Of a stretch of 64,000 nucleotides of DNA, positions 40,257 to 52,109 are shown in pieces. The notes beneath the pieces were generated by a model. The model was not told where the DNA came from and made no database searches. It worked only from the letters and a program-made list of their open reading frames with translations. The stretch is from Eledone cirrhosa (Eukaryota). The stretch lies in assembly GCA_964016885.1 (NCBI GenBank), contig OZ024754.1:10168001-10232000 (forward strand), given 5' to 3'. The position numbers and the translations under genes were made by a program. The number at the start of each line of letters is the position of its first letter. Position 1 is the stretch's first letter.

Positions 40257-40512
40257 TTTCATTTATTAGCCACAAGGGCCGACATGTAGGGGACAATACA
40301 AAGACAGGGACAGTGTGGGGGTTTACAATAAGGTCGAGTAAAAGTGCACAATGGCAAGACTAATTTAACAATGAAGATATAAAAATATAAAATAAACTAT
40401 GCATAAATATAACAAAATAAATTCCCCGATAGGGGGGTGGACGACCCTGGGGTTATACGGTTACCCCACCAATCGTGAACCACCCTGCGCTTCTAGGGCA
40501 CCCAGGGAGAGC
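40255..40512 (-). mobile_element. 3' UTR of a third Tx1/L1-like element next to (AAT)n
   Basis: Minus strand has CCCCCCTATCGGGGAA and GCCCTTGTGGCTAATAAATGAAATC, as in the other two copies. Confidence 0.6.
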
Positions 40513-40941
40513 AAATAGTAGTAATAATAATAAAGAAGAAGTAGATGTTGGTTGTAAAAGCTCCAGTAACAAATAACAAGTAGTACAAGTTTACTTTCAC
40601 TATCAACAGCAACAGACACCACTGGCTGACCAGCCTCGCTCTGTCTGTCAGTCTGGCTTGATGTTGTCTAACCCTTCTCTCACTCTCTTCTAAATGTTGT
40701 GAGTAAAGAACCAAATATAATTAGTATACAGCAGCAGTTGAGAGATATTAAAAGATGCACTGTGCACCCGGGTGGTGCAAGAGATAGAGATAAGGGAGGG
40801 AGGGTAGGGCGATAATAAAAACTCCGAAAAAAAAGAAAAAAAAATTGGTAAAAAAAAAAAAAAAAAAAAAAAAGACAGACAGACAGACCGACAGACCAGA
40901 ATGCAACTTGTGTGTAGATGGACTGTCAAAGTTGTACTTAC

Positions 40942-41019
40942 CTCAAGCATACAATAGTAGTAATTTCCCACAATTTTGTAATAGTAAAATACATCCTCGT
41001 CTTCTTCATCTATCACCAT
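40942..41019 (-). CDS. Candidate first coding exon, 26 codons (MVIDEEDEDVFYYYKIVGNYYYCMLE), product unknown
   Basis: Strong start context ACCATGG, an open frame of unique sequence, and a consensus donor GAG|GTAAGT at phase 0. No homology recognised and no downstream exon identified. Confidence 0.35.
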
Positions 41020-44000
41020 GGTCGTTGTTGATGTTGTTGTTGTTGTTGTTGTGTTTAGTGTAAGTTAGCAAAACGAGAAAGATAAACCAGGTGGGGATGG
41101 AAACTGCGACACAACCACAAGTTGTGCAACAAGCAAAAAGTGAGCGGAGAGGAGTGGGGCGAGTGTGTGTGTGTGTGTGGGGGGGATAAGTGAGGGAGAC
41201 ACTGGAGGAGGGGGGTGGGGGAGCAGAGAGGAGAGAGAGAGAGAGAGAGAGAGGAAAAGGAGAGAAAGCTGCTTGGATTCCAGCAGAAAGGGAGAGTAGA
41301 TGTAGCAGCAACACTAAGAGAAGGAGAGGAAAGGAGGGTACTGAGAACAGTTTCGTTGTTTATGATAATCCAGTGAAATAGTGTGGCACAGACACGAGCG
41401 ATGGGTAGGGCTAAAGTTTCTAATATGCAACAGCGATCAGCTCAAACAAGTGCCCTTTACAACCAGAATACTGATGACTGTAGCAATCATGTGGTGTGTG
41501 TATATTTTTCTATATATTTCTGAATCTATATATATATATATACGTATATATGTATGTATCGATGAATATATGTATGTTTGTGTATATATATATATATATA
41601 GTTATGTGTGTGTCTGTATATTTGTCTGTCTGTATAACAAACAGGAGATTGAGAAAGGACTTCTTATTAATGATCACAGTTATTGCAGTATTTGTTTACT
41701 GGGCTAAAACAAAAGAAGGTTCCCCACTTCAACAAAGTGATAGCATTTATGTAGCGAGCTAAGATACACTTGCGGGAGAAGAATAGAAAGAAAAAAGTAA
41801 AGAGAGAAAGGAAAATATTGAGATTCTACATCAATTAAGTTATGAGTCGCTCACTAAAATGTGCAGCTAAATCATTCTTTTGTTTCTTTTAAGAATTAGA
41901 TGTGTGCTGCTTTTAGTTGTTTCTTTTCAGTTTTGCTTTTTCCATAACATCATTTACAATATATATATTTAGCGAGAAAAGTTAAATGAATAAACCATCA
42001 TTTTATACATACATACATAAATATAAATATATGTGTTTTTGTGTGTGTGTGTGTATATATATAGATATATATCTATATATATATATGTGTGTGTGTGAGG
42101 GGTTTTGTAGTGTGCTTTTGTTTGTTTTAATTACTTCCTTATGCACTAATAAATGCTGTGTGGAGTTGAGAAGAATAGATTAAGTGTTTAGAGTGATGTT
42201 CATTAAGAGTGTGATGGCTGTGAAACAGACCATAGAAAAGTGACAACAAGAGTGAGAAAGAAGAGTTTGGGAGTGAAATGTGGGAGTAAATAGAGTGTGA
42301 AATAAAAAAAAAAAAAGTATGATGCTAGTGAGAGAAAGAGAGAGAGAGAACACTTAAAAGTACAGTACTACTCTGACTGCCACTGGTTCTACCAAAGAGT
42401 TCTTTACATTAGTAGCACTGACTTCCTGTTAGTGTATCAACAGTTACCTAACAGGTGTGCTTTGAGGACTTCTAATAAGTAAAGCTGACTGGTGCATATC
42501 CAAATAGACATCACATTGGTTACTAACCAACAACTGGAACTAGTTTTCCTTGACAACAAGGAAAACGCAGGTTGTTGTGGCTGCTGGCTCTGTAAAGGAG
42601 GATTTTCAGGTTACATTGAAGTTCCATTTTCATATGTTTCAAGTCAGTCATGGATCAATATATATATTTAAGCATATATACATGTAAGCATGAATAAATA
42701 AATGCATGCATTAAGCCGTATATACACAAATATAGGTGTGTATATACATAAATAGAATGTGAACAGCCAGTTAATATTTAAAGAAGCTGCACACTATCTA
42801 CAAATGATTTGAATGGTTCAGTACACACACACACATATATACATATACATTCAACATACACAAACTCATTCAGAGTTACTTATTCAGATGTGTAAGATTT
42901 GTGCACGCTATGACACACTGTTGATTAGTATTATTATATTATTTAGCAGTTAATCAATAAAGTTAGAAATGTTTAACTAATTAATATTTGAGGTTAAGTT
43001 CTTTTGTTCTTCAAATTTTCCTCACCAGGAGATAATTATTTATAACAGGAAGCCTCCCTCCTTCCCTGATTAGAGCTAGAGAGGACCCAAATAACAACAA
43101 CAACAACAGTTAAAGAGACAGTGTTCAATTATGAGGTGGAGCTATTGTTATCAGCTGACAGCTCTAGCAAAACACCTCTTTCTCTCCCCGTCTCTCCCTC
43201 TCTCAAACATATACACACACTAGAGTAAAGGTATTGAAAAGGTGTGTCAGTGACAGGAGGGTGTGAGCAGCATCTAAGGCAGGAATGATGGAGACCCAGA
43301 TTCCTTATAATGGGTAACCTTCAAGCAACACCAGCTGCTGTCTTTCTAAAAAAAAACCTTGTTATGTTGGAAGATGAGCTGCGGGTGGCAACAAAGTCCA
43401 GCAGATGCAGAAACTTAATTTCAATAGGGAGTACAGCTGATATAGGTGTTGCTATCAGCTATTATATAGGTGAAGAGAAGTAAAAAAAGGAAAAAGATAC
43501 TAGAAAGAGTTATGTTTGTTCTCCTCCTTGCTCACTTTCACAGTTGGCTAAAACTTTTTATTGTGAAAATATTTCAGGGAAAACCTAATTGTTTTGATCA
43601 CAGAAGTAAATGGCCAGTGTAAAGGAAAGTGCAATATTTTTCTGAGATGACTTTTTTTTTTTTTTTTTATGGAGACAGTGTGGAGTTAGTGCAGGTTTTA
43701 AATAATTTCCAGTGAAAAATGGACCACAGAGGTAATTTCCTTAATGAAATGAAAAGGCAAGGGTTAAAATGCACCTTTGCTGTACCAGAAAACTGGGATA
43801 AAAATAGAAGGCAGCTGATATTATGGAGTAGTAGTAAGGTGGTTTGATCACAGCCAAAACACAAAGGCTTGATCTGTAATAGAGTTGAAACTATAAGAAA
43901 ATGAAACTGAAAGGTTGTAGATTGTGTATTGTATAAATCCAAGAAGACTGATTTTAACAGCTCCGTTTCTATCTTCTTCCTTCGAACTTGGAATTCCCTG

Positions 44001-46550
44001 TAGTCTATTCCAAAATTGAATCAATCTTACAGTGAAAAGGAGGTGAAGAAGGGAAAAAAAGCAATGAGAATGTAATGTTTGATTTTACATAGTAGAACTC
44101 CAGAGGGCTTTGTATAAATCCATCTACAGTTTAGTAAGGATCACAATAAAGGATGCTAGCAATTATATTAGTTGTGTTGATGATAGTGATGTTATTAAGA
44201 TGGAGCCAAGAAATAGAATCCCTAGTAATTCCATCACATAAAACGAGCCTTTAGTAGTCCCTGCATATGAGTATATCTGTAGGGAAACACAAGCAACACT
44301 TCAAAAATAGAAAGCTCCACATTATTTTATGTGAAATAATTCCAAGAATGAAGGAGCAAATGAGTAAAAATGTTGCTGATGCATTCACAGTTCTGCTGTA
44401 GTAATGTGTTATAGTAGGCCTCGAAACTTCAACTGAAAAAACCCAAAGAAGAAAGGATCAGTAGTAGGGGAAGGAAGCAAGATATTGAAAGAAAGGGATG
44501 TTACAGCCTGCTGCTGTTGCTGCTGCTGCTGCTACTACTTAGGAGAATGCCATTGACAACAGTGGAGCCTGTATTGTAATTTCCATGATGAATCAATGTG
44601 CATAGACCACCAGTAGCTAGCAGCCCCCACCATACAAGCAATACTGCAGAAGTATGTGTAAGAATCCCAAATTGTTGCTGGAAGAACCAGCCAGACAGTC
44701 AGTCAGTCAGTCAGTCAGTGAGTTAGGAAGAGGTAAGGGGCTTGTAAAATGAAAAGTATTGCCAATACAACAACAGTAGTAGCTGGAAAAATGAAGGGAG
44801 AGGGAGGATGCTGGAAAAAGTTGATGGTGTTGCAGATAGCCAATAAGTGCCCCACAGAGAAAGAAAGAAGAAAGACAAAATTTCTATATTAGAGAATGCT
44901 GTTCTTTATACATCATAAAATAGTTTAAATGATAGCTGATTTGTCAAAGGGTTCATGCAAAAGGAATCTATGTCTGCAGTGTCACAGACAAAGATCAGTC
45001 ATCAATTGCCAATTATATTCTACAGACTAATATTCTACTGAAATATTACACACTCTAAATCTAGGAATGAAATAAATCTAACTAACTTCACAACTGGCAA
45101 TGTTCTCTCTTCAAAAAAGATTTATTTTTAAATTGATTTTAATTAATATCTAAAGCTATAAGATCTTGAAATATTATCCAGGGAGCTAAAACAGTATTAA
45201 ATCAAAAACTACAAAGTAGGAAACTAGTACAGTCGTGAAAATATTGGTGAAAGAGATAACTAAGAATTTGATTGAAAACCCATATGAAATTTATATTGGT
45301 TTTAAGAGAAATATAGTTGGGGGTTGGTGAGGAATGGAAGTTAGGAGGGAGTTTGAAATCAATAATACCACTGTGACTTCTAACCAAAATATAGTCAGAT
45401 GCTTCTGAAATTTCCTTTTTATCTTTGTAAATGAAAAATCCTGTTTAATCTCGTCTCTTATATATAAATCCATTTACTACGATGAACCACTCTCTGCAAC
45501 TTGGAGATAAACATTTTTATATTTATCATTTATTCAAGCCTTATATTGTTTATACAATCAATTCTCATTCTTCAGTGAGGAGGAGAAAACAGATAGAATG
45601 ACAACTGAGGAGACAAATAGACGGACAGACAGACGGACAGAGAGAGAGACAGACAGTCAGAGAGAGAGACAGTCAGAGAGAGACAGACAGACAGAGAGAG
45701 ACAGACAGAGAGAGAGAGGTAAACCTCCCAAATCTGACCAAATTAGTTGCACAGCCAGCAAAAGAAAGTGGTAGTAAGCTGGACAATCATGGACAATGTC
45801 AAACCAAATCCATGGAAGTAAAGTGTAATCAATAGTTGAAAAATAAAAGTAGTAAATGATTCAGTGCCAATTGGCAGATAATTCTCCATTAAGTGGCTCC
45901 TTCAGTGCATTCTATGGGATGAAGGGGAGTTGGAGAGTGCAGCAGAGAAGTAAAATTGGTATAGTAATGTTGATTTTGGAGATTCACGGCATGATGGCAA
46001 CTGCTCAAGATTTCACCAACATCAACGCCATCGTTTTACATTCAATGTGATGAATGTAAAGTGCAGAGTAGTGAACATGGAATTTATATTTCCGAGATTA
46101 ACAATAGCTAAATCAGGTGCTTAATTAAAATTTATTCTACTCGCAAAAAAAAAAAAAAAAAAAAAAAAAAAATGATAGTTATTATTCCTAAAATATTGTG
46201 CAAATAAATGTAGTTGGCAAATAAGTAGTCAACTGACAGTAGAAAAATAAAACTGAAGCCGAACTGGATGTCTACACAATCCATAAATCACACAATTACT
46301 TTCCTAACTGGTTCTATTTATCAATATTCAAGCTAGGCACTTTTATATAAAGTTATTATTTGATTCATATTTTATTCTATTCCCTTTCTAAACCATTACT
46401 GCCAGTTAGTTTGGAATATAGTAGTTCTTGCAAAGTTAGTGTTTTAGTTATAATTCATAAACCACTACAGAAACCCACCAGAACAAATACCACAAAGCAT
46501 GTTATCCGATGTTGTTCTACTGGTTCAACCAATATGTTACACATGATGAA
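41020..46550. promoter_or_regulatory. Putative promoter/enhancer block, depleted of interspersed repeats
   Basis: None of the SINE or MITE families seen every 1-3 kb elsewhere is recognisable here. GA-rich segment at 41140-41340, with TGACA/TGTCA and CAGCTG motifs near 43150-43260. Confidence 0.3.
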
Positions 46551-46597
46551 ATAATATTAATCATAGTTTGGCTGTAGTTAAACCTGTAACCAGGGCA

Positions 46598-47905
46598 AAT
46601 ATGGTGGACCACTTTTATGTTGTCTGAAGTGAACTAGCCAAGATATAGTTGGCCCCTAAAACAGATATGGTGGACCACGTTTATGTTGTCTGAAGTGAAC
46701 TAGCCAAGATATAATTGGCCCCTAAAACAGATATGGTGGACCATGTTTATGTTGTCTGAAGTGAACTAGCCCGGACATAGCTGGCCCCTAAAACAGATAT
46801 GGTGGACCATGTTTATGTTGTCTGAAGTGAACTAGCCAAGATATAGTTGGCCCCTAAAACAGATATGGTGGACCACATTTATGTTGTTTGAAATGAACTA
46901 GCCAAGATATAGTTGGCCCCTAAAACAGATATGGTGGATCACATTTATGTTGTCTGAAGTGAACTAGCCCGGACATAGTTGGCCCCTAAAACATATGGTG
47001 GACCACGTTTATGTTGTCTGAAGTGAACTAGCCAAGATATAGTTGGCCCCTAAAACAGATATGGTGGACCACATTTATGTTGTCTGAAGTGAACTAGCCC
47101 GGACATAGTTGGCCCCTAAAACATATGGTGGACCACGTTTATGTTGTCTGAAGTGAACTAGCCAAGATATAGTTGGCCCCTAAAACAGATATGGTGGACC
47201 ACGTTTATGTTGTCTGAAGTGAACTAGCCAAGACATAGTTGGCCCCTAGAACAGATATGGTGGACCACTTTTATGTTGTCTAAAGTGAACTAGCCAAGAC
47301 ATAGTTGGCCCCTAGAACAGATGTGGTGGACCACATTTATAATGTCTGAAGTGAACTAGCCAAGATATAGTTGGCCCCTAGAACAGATGTGGTGGACCAC
47401 ATTTATAATGTCTGAAGTGAACTAGCCAAGATATAGTTGGCCCCTAGAACAGATGTGGTGGACCACATTTATAATGTCTGAAGTGAACTAGCCAAGATAT
47501 AGTTGGCCCCTAGAACAGATGTGGTGGACCACATTTATAATGTCTGAAGTGAACTAGCCAAGATATAGTTGGCCCCTAGAACAGATGTGGTGGACCACAT
47601 TTATAATGTCTGAAGTGAACTAGCCAAGATATAGTTGGCCCCTAGAACAGATGTGGTGGACCACATTTATAATGTCTGAAGTGAACTAGCCAAGATATAG
47701 TTGGCCCCTAGAACAGATGTGGTGGACCACATTTATAATGTCTGAAGTGAACTAGCCAAGATATAGTTGGCCCCTAGAACAGATGTGGTGGACCACATTT
47801 ATAATGTCTGAAGTGAACTAGCCAAGATATAGTTGGCCCCTAGAACAGATGTGGTGGACCACATTTATAATGTCTGAAGTGAACTAGCAGGACAGTTGGT
47901 CCCCA
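46598..47905. repeat. 66-bp minisatellite, about 20 copies
   Basis: ATGGTGGACCAC...GTCTGAAGTGAACTAGCCAAGATATAGTTGGCCCCTA(A/G)AACAG with a period of 66 (46601, 46667 and onward). Confidence 0.97.
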
Positions 47906-48999
47906 GAACTATTCTATAGGTCAATGATTAAACAACAAAACCACTTAGAAGTGAAAAGCCTTGTCAAGTACTTTCACACTGTCACATCCTTCAACAATGC
48001 ATCAATTGTACTTAACAAATGCTTCATTGTTTTCTTTTTTTGTTAGTTTTCCCCCTCCCCCATAGAAAGAATATTTTTAAGACTCTTGAATGAACACCAA
48101 TCAAATTTAGCATCTTCACATGCTATTTACTTAATTCTCTGAAAAAGTAAAGAGCCTATCTATTTATTTATAATTCAGCAGCAAAAGCAGGAAAGAGGTA
48201 TTTTTAGGTTCTGGAGGTATAAAAAAAATTTTTTTTTTTTTAATTAATTAAAAAAAAAAAAAAAATTCCGCATAAATTTAAAACAATTTATTGTTTTTCA
48301 ATTATTTATAGAAAAAAAATGAAGCTACTATAAAGTGAAATAAAATTAAAAGAGGCAAAGTTGTACTGATAAAATTATTTAACTTCATTTTCGTTGTATT
48401 GCTTCAACATTAAGAGAAACTACAGTTACAGCATCAGATTTCATGAAAATATATTCATTTGCTTTGAAAATAGGATTTTATATTTCGTTTCTTGTTTTGC
48501 TTATTTTTATTTTTATTATTTTTTTTTCCTCTTCCATCAAGTTGTTAAATTTTAATAAAGGTAAATTGTTTTCATTCAGAATTCACTTGCTTAAGAAATA
48601 TAACATCTTTTAAAAATCATATTAATAAAAGATATTAAATAATTCTTTTAAAATAATATTAATAAGAGAAACTTGAGTTATGATCTCTCTTTCTCTTTCT
48701 CTCTATCTATCTCCTTCTCTCGCTGACATACACACACACACACACATAGCTCCCAATAGCAAAAACTAAAAATGTATTCCGTTCATATATAATTGGCTGA
48801 TTGAGCTGTAGGTGTCATAGGTTTGCCAACTCTGTTTGAGGAGCTACCCTAACTATTGAGAGATTATGAGATGTTCTCAAAAGAATATAATACAGATTCC
48901 CATAATATCATGTAAATAAAATAGACAAGGACACAAAGCAGTGAGCCACTGGCAACAAATTCAACTACTGTCAAAATATAATGTAATATAATATAATAC

Positions 49000-49035
<36 letters not shown>

Positions 49036-49094
49036 AACAATGTATGAAGCCCACTTTTGGGATTTTGAAGCGCTGACTATATATATATATATAT

Positions 49095-49240
49095 AGTAAT
49101 AATAATAAATTTGAAGACTAAAATCCAAAGAGGGCTCGATAAGAATAAATATATATCAAATATATATGAAGCCCAGACCAAATATTTATTAAAATAACAG
49201 ATTAAAGTTTAAGCAAAGAATCGCTGCTTTCACCCTTAAC
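49095..49240 (-). mobile_element. Family D repeat
   Basis: Matches 38808-38947 and is flanked by (TA)n. Confidence 0.7.
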
Positions 49241-49304
49241 ATATAAAATATATATATATATATTTTATGTTAAGTATTTCGGTGGAAATATATATATATA
49301 TATG

Positions 49305-49341
<37 letters not shown>

Positions 49342-49344
<3 letters not shown>

Positions 49345-49705
49345 AATATTGTGTACAGTGCTCAGGTGCACTACAACTCATCAAAAAGTGTATGTATAGT
49401 ACATAGGGTAATGTACAAACATCAGGAAAATGAACAGTGCATGAGTCATGATACACACATGTGTGCATGTGTATGGAAGGGGTACATCAGGTGTAGTTTT
49501 GGCGTATTTCGTGAAGCATGAGTGTCTTAAAGGATGCAGTGTCTCGGCAGCTAATAACTGACGCAGGCAGTTTGTTCCATGCTTCAGCAACTCTAAGCGT
49601 GAAAAATTGTTTACGAAAGTCATGGGAGCTGTGCTGTTTTCTGATTTTGTAGGCATGTCCACGTGTGTTAGACACGTGGAGATCAAAGAGGTGCTCAGGG
49701 TTGTA
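49342..49705 (-). mobile_element. 3' end of a CR1-group LINE
   Basis: Encodes NPEHLFDLHVSNTRGHAYKIRKQHSSHDFRKQFFTLRVAEAWNKLP...*, the TRGH...R..FF..RV...WN.LP signature of CR1-group ORF2 C-termini. Short 3' UTR and (TTA)n tail. Confidence 0.88.
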
Positions 49706-49954
49706 ATATATGTGTTAGGTAACTCCGAAGAAAAAGCAAAGGAAAAAAGAGTGCTCTATGTATAGAACAGAGCTATTTAATTAGAAAGGGAACAACACAA
49801 TATATAACTATAATATATATATATTTATATATATATCTTTATCCCTAATTTTACGTTCTGATTCTGTGTGTACATGAATTTTTTCCCGTTATTTTATTTC
49901 AGCCTCACTTTCATTTATAATAGATTTTAATTTCATATCTGATATCCATATAAA

Positions 49955-50026
49955 GATTTCTGATGAACGGATTCAGGTGCCTCTGTTAGAATTGTCTAAC
50001 TTCGTGAAACCTTGAGTAATGGAATA
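49955..50026 (+). ncRNA. Hammerhead-like fold with intact core but eroded stem I, third family
   Basis: CUGAUGA (49960-49966), stem II ACGGA/UUCGU enclosing a GUUAGA/UCUAAC hairpin, GAAAC...GUA. Stem I pairing is poor. Confidence 0.45.
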
Positions 50027-50057
50027 ATTATATTTTTTTTTTTATTACATAAATAAG

Positions 50058-50123
<66 letters not shown>

Positions 50124-50330
50124 TTATATATATATATATAATTTCTTAGGATACAGTGGTCACAGCATTGGATATTTGAGTTCTGCAAATACTTGTACAT
50201 TTGCACATAGCATAACTAGGCTGTAGTACCACCGTGGAAACATTTGTAAGCACACGGAATAAATTACCTTTTTTTATGTCTACCTGTTATTATTCATTCT
50301 TTATATATATATATATATATATACATGCAT

Positions 50331-50554
50331 ATAACAAAGAAAGTGCTCAAGCTCAGAAATGCTACAGAGATAGCTTATAAAAATGGGGTGAAGACTCTTA
50401 AAAGATAGAAAAAGATGTTGCGATCGGCCACTGTATCTGGAAGATATGGGGTCAACTTCCTCATAGCGGCTGATGGCAACTTCTTTATCCGTCTTTTACG
50501 GGTCTCCACCCTATTTTATAATCTATCTTTATACCATAGCACTTTCTTTATATA
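50331..50554. repeat. Imperfect ~220-nt palindrome (MITE-like or structured RNA)
   Basis: Outer AAAGAAAGTGCT/AGCACTTTCTTT, and an inner ~75-bp arm pair that aligns with scattered mismatches. Confidence 0.8.
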
Positions 50555-50894
50555 AACTTCCATCGCTAATTAAAAACAAAGCCAATGCTCTACAGTAAAA
50601 CTAAATGTGAGCAATCTGAACAGGTGATTGCAGCTGCATAACTGTAATGCACTAGATTTGTTGAGTGAGCTATATGCTGCATTTATACCAGCAATCTTTG
50701 TTAATATTGTTTTATATATATATATACACACACACACATATATATTTACACACACACATTTATTTACACACACACACACACATATATATATATTTACACA
50801 CACATACACACATATATATATATATTTACACACACATATATATATATATATATATTAATATTTACTACTGCATTCACAGATTGATTTTTTTTTA

Positions 50895-51054
50895 GTTTCA
50901 GAAGATCCCGTTAAGGGTGAAAGCAGCGATTCTTTGCTTAAACTTTAATCTGTTATTTTAATAAATATTTGCTCTAGGGTTCTTATATATTTGATATATA
51001 TTTATCCTTATCGAGCCCTCTTTGGATTTTAGTCTTCGCATTTATTATTATTAC
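50895..51054 (+). mobile_element. Family D repeat, longest copy, beginning with a hammerhead-like motif
   Basis: CAGAAGA-U-CCC-GUUAA-GGG-U-GAAA has one core mismatch to CUGANGA. The remainder is the reverse complement of 49095-49240. Confidence 0.6.
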
Positions 51055-51055
51055 T

Positions 51056-51197
51056 ACATAGTTACGTCCCTTTACGATCTGAGTTCAAATCCCGCCGAGG
51101 TTGACTTTGCCTTTCATCCTTACGGGGTCGATAAAATAAAGTACCAGTAATGCACTGGGTAATTGCTGGCCTTGTGCCTAAAGTCGAAACAATTATT
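51056..51197 (+). mobile_element. SINE family A, 5'-truncated
   Basis: Nearly identical to 28420-28558. Confidence 0.9.
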
Positions 51198-51199
51198 AT

Positions 51200-51530
51200 A
51201 TCATCATCATCGTTTTACATCCGCTTTTCCCTGCTTGCAAGGGTGGGACAGGAATTGATTCTGGCTTGATTTCTACAGCTGGATGCCCTTCCTAACACCA
51301 ACCTCATTTACAGTAAGTGCTGGGTGTTTTTTTTTGCCGTGGCACCTTCACGACCACTTTGCAGTGGAATGATAGGGACCCCAGTCCCTATCATCTCATT
51401 TCTACAGCTGGAGCAATGTGAAATAAAGTGTCTTGCTCAAGGAAACAACACATCACTCAGTCCGAGAATTGAACTCACACCCTTTCGATTGCAAGGCCAA
51501 TGCTCTAACCACTAAGCCATGTGCCTCCAT
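51200..51530 (-). mobile_element. SINE family B, full length
   Basis: Matches 20915-21257. Confidence 0.92.
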
Positions 51531-51538
51531 TATATATA

Positions 51539-52109
51539 CTAGCAGAAAAACCACTCTTCGGGTGGTTTTCTGCTATCATGTGTAGTGTGTATATTGATAT
51601 TATACGCAGGTATATATACATGTAGATATGATACATCAAATAAAATCGTAATTGACAATATAAACAGAAATTGAACGAAGATGTTGTTACACTGTCTTAT
51701 GTAATCCATGATACATTAAAAAAAGACGATATTATATATAAACTGCATTAGGAGAAAATTTGTATGTTTATTTAAGTGATCGCCACTGGAAGTGTTGACA
51801 TCACACACTCTCTCTTTCTATATATATGGTAGTTGAAGTGGTGGTGGTGGTGGTGGCGATGATATAGCGGAAGTGCAACTTTGAAAATAAGTCAATTTTA
51901 AATTATTTTTGTTTACAAAATTTAGTAGATAAATTATGTAATATTCATTCTACGGGGTTGATAAAATAAAGTACCAGTAATGCACTGGGTAATTGCTGGC
52001 CTTGTGCCAAAAGTAGAAACAATTATTTATTCAAAGTAATCCAACTTAATTTAATAACGGGATAAAAAAAAATAAACCGTACGCAGACCTTCCTTTATTA
52101 TAGTTTAGA
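51539..52109 (-). mobile_element. Non-autonomous Helitron containing a family A SINE tail (51948-52026)
   Basis: Minus strand: A|TCTAAACTATAATAAA 5' end, 3' end ...CTAG|T, a subterminal hairpin CCAC...GTGG, and no TSD. Confidence 0.65.
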
